Source: an uncultured bacterium (GTDB taxonomy: Bacteria > Chloroflexota > UBA5177 > JANWHV01). Taken from it: a DNA stretch of 64,000 nucleotides. Position 1 is the first letter of the stretch; each line of letters starts with the position of its first letter. Shown piece by piece: positions 20,295 through 28,300 of the stretch. Both the position numbers and the translations under genes were made by a program. The stretch is taken from positions 64,001 through 128,000 of the forward strand of contig CAVSOU010000017.1 in the NCBI GenBank assembly GCA_963729625.1, written 5' to 3'. A model generated the notes under the pieces. That model saw only the letters and a program-made list of their open reading frames with translations, had not been told where the DNA came from and did not search any database.

Positions 20295-21791
20295 ATGTCG
20301 ATTCGTCTCCGCCTCACGCTGCTGTACAGCGCGATCCTCGCTCTGACGCTTGTCGCGCTGGGCATCGGCGTCTATGCCGGAGTCTCCAATGTCGCGTTTG
20401 GCGCTGCAAGCGACGCGGTGAACACCGAGCTGCACACCGTGGCCATCTCGCTCCAGCCCCACATGGGACCGCGTCCGGGCGGCTCCCCCGACGGGCGAGG
20501 TCCTCAGCCGCAGCCGAGCCCGGGAACAACCCGGGCGCCGGTCGAGGGCCAGGCATGGAATCTCGGCAGCTTCATCCCGCCGCCCGACGTTGCCGCCCAG
20601 AGCTCCATCCAGGTGCGCCAGTCGGATGGCACGGTTCTGTATCGCTCACAGGACTTGCAGGCAGCCAAGCTCACCTTGCCCTTGAGCACGGCGGCGCGGC
20701 AACACCTGCGGCCGGGTGTGGTGGCACAGACCACATTCTCGGTGTCAGGGCAGCGCCTGCTCCTTGACAGCACCCTGCTCGCCTCGGGCCGTAGCTCCGT
20801 GGGCATTCTCCAGATAGCCCGCTCGCTGCGCGACGTCGACCAGACGCTGACCAGCCTGTGGCGGATCTTGCTCGCCGGCGGCGCCCTGGCTACCCTGCTG
20901 GCCTGTGTGGCCGGATGGTGGCTGGCCGGCACGGCGCTGCGCCCGATCGACCGCATCACTCAGACCGCGCGGTCCATTGGGCAGGCGCGTGACTTCGGCC
21001 GGCGTGTGGCATACCATGGCCCGCGCGATGAGGTGGGACGCTTGGCGACGACGTTCAACACCATGCTGGCGGGGCTGCAGGAGTCCTATCAGACGCAGCG
21101 CCGCTTCGTGGCCGACGCCTCGCACGAGTTGCGCACGCCGCTTACCAGCATCCGTGGCAACGCCAGTCTGCTCAAGCGCGTCCCGCCGATCGCGGAGGCC
21201 GATCGCGTGGCGGTGGTTGACGATATCGTCTCCGAGACCGACCGCCTGGGCCGCCTGGTTGGCGACCTCCTGACGCTGGCACGTACCGACGCGGGCCGTC
21301 CGATGCGGCTGGAGCCAGTGCCCCTGCGACCGCTCCTGGCTGGGCTGCTACGGCAGCTTGCGGGGTCGCATCCCGAGCGGACGGTCCTCCAGGAGGGTCG
21401 TGCCGAGGTGAGCGTGCTGGGCGATCCCGACGCGCTCAAGCAAGTGCTGCTGATCCTGCTGGACAATGCACTCAAGTTCACCCCGGCCGAGGGCAAGGTA
21501 GCCGTGGTGGTCGCCACACAGGGGGACAAGGTATCGGTGACAGTGCGAGACACCGGGGCGGGCATCCCGGCCGAGGTGTTGCCGCGGATTTTCGACCGCT
21601 TCTACCAGGCCGACGCGAGCCGGGCAGAAGGGGGCAGCGGCCTGGGGCTGGCCATCGCCAAATCACTGGTGGACCGCCAGAACGGCACGATCGAGGTCGA
21701 GAGCATGGTCGGCAGCGGCAGCACCTTCACCATCACCCTGCCGCGCGCTGCCGCCAGCCGGACGGCCTCCCTGGTAAACGCGGCTACCTAG
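20295..21791 (+). CDS. HAMP sensor histidine kinase (MprB-like)
   Basis: 2 TM segments, HAMP, ADASHELRTPLT, DNALKF and GSGLGLAI. Confidence 0.95.
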   Translation: MSIRLRLTLLYSAILALTLVALGIGVYAGVSNVAFGAASDAVNTELHTVAISLQPHMGPRPGGSPDGRGPQPQPSPGTTRAPVEGQAWNLGSFIPPPDVAAQSSIQVRQSDGTVLYRSQDLQAAKLTLPLSTAARQHLRPGVVAQTTFSVSGQRLLLDSTLLASGRSSVGILQIARSLRDVDQTLTSLWRILLAGGALATLLACVAGWWLAGTALRPIDRITQTARSIGQARDFGRRVAYHGPRDEVGRLATTFNTMLAGLQESYQTQRRFVADASHELRTPLTSIRGNASLLKRVPPIAEADRVAVVDDIVSETDRLGRLVGDLLTLARTDAGRPMRLEPVPLRPLLAGLLRQLAGSHPERTVLQEGRAEVSVLGDPDALKQVLLILLDNALKFTPAEGKVAVVVATQGDKVSVTVRDTGAGIPAEVLPRIFDRFYQADASRAEGGSGLGLAIAKSLVDRQNGTIEVESMVGSGSTFTITLPRAAASRTASLVNAAT

Positions 21792-22021
21792 CACTGCCGA
21801 CCCATTCAACGGTACGTGCTTGGCCTCCGGCTGCGGCCTATGTCTTCCTGCAAGTCTTCAGGCGCGTCCCGGGCTCGACCGGCCTCGCGCTGTTGTTCGC
21901 CTAACGCGACACATCCGGCGCGACAGCCGCGAGCAGTCGGCGCGTAACAGCACCGTATGACCCGCGCCTGGCGGATTCGCAGGCAGCCGGTGACACACGC
22001 ATGAGCCCGGTGGTACGATAG

Positions 22022-22222
22022 GGCCGGTCCTCTGACTCGCTCGGCACCACCTGCGCTTCTAGCAGTACCTGTCTAGCCGTGGACGGCAGCGGCGGTATCT
22101 ACGTGGCGGATTATGGGAACAACCGGGTGCCGCACTTCCCTGCCTCCGGTGCGGCACAGGCCGAGCACAGCTATGGAGGGCGATATCGGGAGGCAGGTAG
22201 GGGAACCAGGTCCGCTGGATGA
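22022..22222 (+). pseudogene. NHL-repeat remnant
   Basis: Frame from 22073 reads LAVDGSGGIYVADYGNNRVPHFPASGAAQAEHSYG. It is bounded by stops at 22019 and 22220, with no start upstream of the repeat. Confidence 0.65.
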
Positions 22223-22308
22223 GCGCGCCATCAGCCGCGCGGGTCGACGATATAGGGTATCGGGCCCGAGGAGCACGCCGAGCAGGCAGCAAGACGAGGA
22301 GGCAAGCG

Positions 22309-25300
22309 ATGAAGGTGCGTCACTGGCTTCGCACGGCGCTGTGCGCGCTGGCAATCTGTATGACATGGCCGAGTTACGCAGCGCACGGTGCCCCCCGCGC
22401 CACCGCTGCTGCCGCGCCCTCGCCAGCTGGCGTACCGGCCGGCTGGCTCTCCACGTCGGCCCTCGGGACCACGCCGGCAGATGTGTTGCCCCAAGCATTC
22501 GTGGCGTCCGCTGCCCAATGGCGCGCGCTGCCGCTGCAGATCGCCGAACAGGCCGCACCGGCATTTCAGGACGCGGCGGGCGGCGGCGGCGCCGCGGCCG
22601 CCCTGCTGGCGCAGACGTTGCTCGGCCAGAATATCGTCACCCCTGACCCACGCGCGCTGGCGCAGAATCGCCTCAGCGCGGTCCTGGGCCCACTCGCGCA
22701 AACGCTCGGCGTGGCGACGTCTGCGGCGTCGACCACCTCGGGCTCGTCTGGGCTGGCCGCCGATCTGGTCGATCCGGCCAGCGGCGTCCTGCACGTCACC
22801 TATCAGGACTTCTCAGTTCCCGCGCGCGGCCAGCCGATGGCCCTGCAGCGCACCTTTGTCTCGGGTAACACTGCCGCGAGCGCCATGGGCAACGGCTGGG
22901 CCTTCACCTATGGCATCCACCTCGCCTACGATGCCAGCGGCAATCCGCTCATCGAGGAAGCGGCCGGCGGCGTCACCCACTTTGCGTTCTGGCAGGCCCC
23001 CTCCACCTACATTGCCCTGGACGCGCCGGGATGGGAGGTCCTTTGGCTACACCCCGGCGGTGCCACCCAGTTGATGGCTGACGGCAGCAGCCATCAATTC
23101 GATGCTCTCGGCCGGCTCGTGCGGCTCCAGGATCGCGACGGCATTGGGCTGACCATCAACTACAGGGGCGCCAATCTGGCGTCCGTAGTGGATGCGGCCG
23201 GCCGCAGCCTCCGCTTCACCGAGAATAGCGCCGGCCTGATCAGCACGATCACCGATCCTATGGGTGCCGTCATCCGTTATGGGCATGATGGCGCCGGTAA
23301 TCTGATCAGCGTGACCACTGCCGCCGGCGCCACTACCCGCTACGCCTACAGCACTCCCACGAGCGATAGTTACGACACCGCGCGCCTCACCGGCATCACC
23401 CTCCCTCGCGGCGGCACAATCCACTTCAGCTACGACAGCGGGGCCCGTGTCTCGCGCGTTGCCGGGCCCGGCACCATGAACACTGCGATCACCTACGCGG
23501 ACAACGCCGCTCCAGGCACGGTACGCACCGATCTCGTCGATGCGACCGGCGCGCACACGGAGATCGACACGTTCAACACTTCGCCCCTGACGACCGGCGT
23601 GCAACTGCCTGTCGTCACGCGTCTCGTGGATGCCACCGGGAGAACCACGACCGTTACAAGCGGACCTTCAGGTGTCACCATCGAGGACGGCGAGGGCAGG
23701 ATGAAGCCGGTGGCTAGCAACGCGGGTGGACCGGCGAGCACGATCCAGGCGCCACAGACCGGCGCCAACCGCTTGGGTTATGATCAGGCCACCTCCACGC
23801 TGTCCATGCTGACCGGCATTTCCGGACGGCCCACCACACTGGTGTACGATGCGGCAGGCCATCTGGCCGGCATCCGTGACGCTACCGGCGCGCTGACCAA
23901 AGTCGAGCAGATCGCCCCGCTCACGTTCCACGTGGTCAGCCCCAATAGTGGAGTCGCCATCCTGCAGTTCGACGCTGCAGGAAACGTCATCGCGCTGACC
24001 GACGCCATGGGTCGCAAGACCACGTTCCTCTGGGATCCTGACGGCCGGCTGACCGGCATCTCCGACCCGGCCCATGGCCGGCTTACCTTTCGGTATGGCC
24101 CGTCAGGCGCCCTGCTGGCCCGCACAGATGCGCTCGGAGCGGTGACCAGCTACAGCTACGACGCCGACGGCGATCTCACCTCGATGCGGGATGCCCTGGG
24201 CGACACCTGGCGCTTCACCTATGACGCCTTCGACCTGCCGGTGAGCGTGGTCGATCCGCTGGGCGACACGGATCGTCTCAGTTACGACGACGCTGGCAGG
24301 CTGACGATGGTCACCGACCCACTTGGGGCAGTCACCCGGGCGGGCTATGACGGCGCCGGCCGCGTGGCCTCCGTCACCGATCCGCTCGGCCATACCACGC
24401 GCTACCGCTACGGAGCCGCCGGCGAGCTCGTCGCGGCGACGAGCCCTGCCGGGCGCACCACGCGGTATAGCTACGATGCCGCCGGCCAGCCGGTCGTCGT
24501 GACGGACGCCGATGGCAGCAGCACAACGCTGATGTACGACGACGCCGGGCGGTTAACCGCCAGTCGCGCCGGCGCCGGTCCCACGACCGAGTACCGGTAC
24601 GACGCAGTGGGACGGCTGACGCAGCGTACCGTACCCGATGAGTCGGGGGCCTCGTACACCTACGATGCTGCGGGCTACCTGGTGAGCGCCGGCAACGGGA
24701 GCGGCACCATCCGCGACGCGTACGACGCAGCCGGCGATCTCACCTCGACGGTGGACACGAGCGGCCACACGATCCGCTACAGCTACGATGCGGCGGGCCG
24801 GCGGGCGACCATGACCTCTGCCACCGGCACGGTTACCCGCTACGCGTATGACGCGGCCGGCCACATCAGCGCGATCGATGATCCCCTGGGCAGCTCGACC
24901 TTCCGCTACGACGTGCGGGGAGAACGCGTTGCCGCGACGCTGCCGGGCGGCATCGCCGTCTCGTATCTCTACGATAAAGCGGACCGGCTCACGGCACTCA
25001 CCTACAAGCACGGCGCCACCGTGGTGGCCCGTTTCGTCTACGGCTACGACCGAGACGGCAACGTGGTGCAGGAGCAGGCCCTGGGCGACACCCTGCGCTA
25101 CCGCTACGACGCAGCAAACCGGCTCACTGCCATGCAGGGCAGCACCCGGAGCGACGACGCCAGCTACGCCTACGACGCCGATGGCAATCTCCTCTCCTCG
25201 GCCAGTCGTGGCGCCTTGCGCTACGACGCGGCCGGACGGCTGCTCACAGCTGGGAGCGCGAGCATGGCCTACGATCCTGCCGGCAGGGCGATGACCGGCC

Positions 25301-28300
25301 TGGCAGGTGCCATCTATGGCTATGACCAGAGCGGCAATCTGCTGGCGGCGCACACCAGCGGTGCCGACGTCATGTACGGCGAGGATGCGCTGGGCAGGAT
25401 CGTCACGCGCTTGGAGGCCGGCAACACGACGCTGACGGTCTATGACGGCAGTGATCCGGTCGCCGCATTCGGCCCGATCCCGTCGGTGGTCGCCCGCAAC
25501 GTCTATGGCCCCTGGATCGACGAGCCGCTCGCCTTTTCGGCGAACGGACAGACGTACACCTACGTCGTGGATCGGCTTGGCTCCGTGCGCATGGTGCTGG
25601 ACGGCGCGGGCACGCCCGTCGCCACGCTGCGCTACGACGCATACGGCAGGCTGCTCGGAAAGACGGGGTCCGGGCCAACGACGCTCGGCTTCGCCGGTCG
25701 TCCCTACGACCCGGCCACGGGCCTGATCGATCTGCGCGACCGCCTCTACGATCCAGCGCTGGCCCGCTTCCTTTCCCCCGACCCCCTGGCCCGTCCCGGC
25801 GCGGCGGACTATCCCTACGCGGCAGACAGCCCCGCGACGCGGAGCGATCCCCTCGGCCTGTGTGCGGAGTCCTCGGGGGAGGGGCCCAGCAACTCGACGC
25901 TCGGGGTGTTTGCAGCCGAGTCAAGCGGCCTGCCGGAACTCCTGGGGGAGACTTTCGGGCAGGCGTTCAGTGGCTACGGGGCCTGGCACCAAATCGAGCA
26001 GTTCAACGCGGCGAACGCGGCGTTTGGTGACGGCTGTAAGGGCGTGAACAACACGGATCCCACCTTCATCGACGCCGCCGGCGTTGCCGCTACCGACCGC
26101 GGCAGCGAGGCAGGTAACTCAACGCTGGCGCTCACCAGGGGCGCGTCTGGCGGATCCGTCGAAGCGCTGTTCCCCGTTGCAGCGGCCGGCACGGTGACCA
26201 TAGGCGTGTACGACGCGCATGGCCACCTCACGCGCGCGCTGGCGGCGCAACCCGCCTCACCGCCTGTCCTGGATATCACATGGGACGGGCGCGATACGGC
26301 CGGGCACGAGGTTGCCGACGGCACCTACTATATGCTGGAGACTGAACAACCCGCTGCTGCGGGCGCGCAGGCGACGTGTGCGCTGCGCACTATCGCGGTG
26401 ACGGCAGGGGCTTCCGGGCCCTTCGTCGTGCCCGTGCTGTCGGTCCCACCGGCGACCTCCAGCGTATCAGCGAAGATCGTCACGCCGGTCAGTGGCGCCC
26501 TGGTTCGCGGCCTCGTGCCCATCGACGGTGTGGCGTCGGGGTCGGACTTCGATCATTATCAGCTCGACTACGGCCCGGGCACTAGTCCCACCCGCTGGAC
26601 CGGCATCCGGGCCACAGTCTCGGGCACGGCAGGCGTGCCCGACAAAGGGCCCGTGACGCTCGCCCTGCTGCACACCCTTTCGGGCAACCTTGGTTCCCTG
26701 GATACCGGGCTCTCGGACTACTTCTACTATCGATCGAGCGGCGCCCAGGGCCTGAGCGGACTCTACACCATACGCCTGCGCGTGTTCGGTCGCCACGGTG
26801 AAGTAGCCCAGGCACTCGCCTGGATCGTCGTTGGACGCGTGGCCACCTACGTGCAGGACGCGACCATCGCCAGCCCGTCCGGGCTGGCAAGCCTGGCCGT
26901 GCCCAGTATGGCCATCCACGACATCGCCCAGGTGTTTGCTGTGCTGCCTCTGACCTCAACGGAGCCGATCCCCGCGCAGCTGCGGCCTCTATCTCGGGTC
27001 TACGCGCTGCATCCTTCCGGCTACGTGTTCAGCATCCCGGCGACCTTGAGCATGCACATCTCCACGACCGCGCCTGGCGCGGCGATCTATGCCTGGGACG
27101 CCGGTACCAATAGGTGGCAGCCACTACGGACGTCGGTTGCAGGCGCGAAGCACGGCACGACGCTCAGCACGCCCGTCGCGCGCCTCAACCAGGCGCCGGC
27201 CCTCTACGCCGTGTTTGCGCCCATTGCCGCCCCCGCGCCGCCGCTGCTCTTCCCGCTCGGGGCTGCACCCAGCGGTGCCACCACAGTCACTCTCGCCGCA
27301 GCTACCCGACCTGGGCTGCTCGTACAGGTTCTCTCGGCTGGGCGGCCCACTGGCGTGCCCGTTGTCGCTGGTGCCGACGGCCTGGCCGTGATTCCAGGCA
27401 TCCACCTCCAATCGGGGCAAAATCGTTTCACCGCCGTGGCACGCGATAGCGCTGGGCACATCAGTGCCCCCTCACAAGCGATCAGTGTCACCGCCGCGCC
27501 GAAGACACTGGAACTCCTGGATCCCGCTACAACTCTGCCGGCGAAGGTCACTGACCTCGCGGCCGTGCCACGTCCTGCGCAGGCCGGCCCGCCGCCGCCG
27601 GTCGTCAATTCGCCCACGCTGCATGCCGTGCTGGCAGCGGAGTTCCACCGGCCGCAGGACCTCTGGCCGGGGCGAACGGCGCCGCTCGGCGCCAGCACCA
27701 CGGTGGTGACCGACGGGGGTCACACCGCGCTCGAGATCACGGCAGGTGGCACGGGCGATCTGACCACCGGTGTGCCCGTTTCGTCCTTCAATCTCGCCAC
27801 GCACCCCTTGATCACGTTCTCCTATAAGGTGCCCCCGACTGTATCGGTTGACCTTGCCATACACGCAAACGGCACCTGGTGGGTGGCGCCATTGAGCGAC
27901 CCTCCTCCAACGGCCAACGATTTCGCGCGCGTCTACTTCTTTCCACTGGGCGACTACCCATCGCTTAAGTTGGTTCGCGATAATCGTTGGCACGACATCA
28001 CGCTCAATCTCTACCAACTGATTCGGGATCAGCAGCCAACAGGACCGGTCGTCGTGGACCGCATGGCCTTCGGCGATTGGGAGCCCAGCGGCTGGCTCGG
28101 CGTTCGACCGTCAAGCGCAAACGCACCTGCCACTAGCTTCCTGCTCGACCACGTGGCCCTGCCGGCGGTGAGCCGGATATCGACCGCGTCCTTTTCCTGG
28201 TCTGAACCTGCCGGCCAGGGCATTTCCGCGTACAGCTACCTGCTCGATCAGAAGCCCAGTACCGTGCCGCCCGCCCGCTCGATGGGGCTCGCCCCCGCGA

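Noticed and set aside
23000-25700. Recurring TACGACGC motifs as a DNA repeat array
   Set aside because: They are the codons of YD repeats in the RHS protein.
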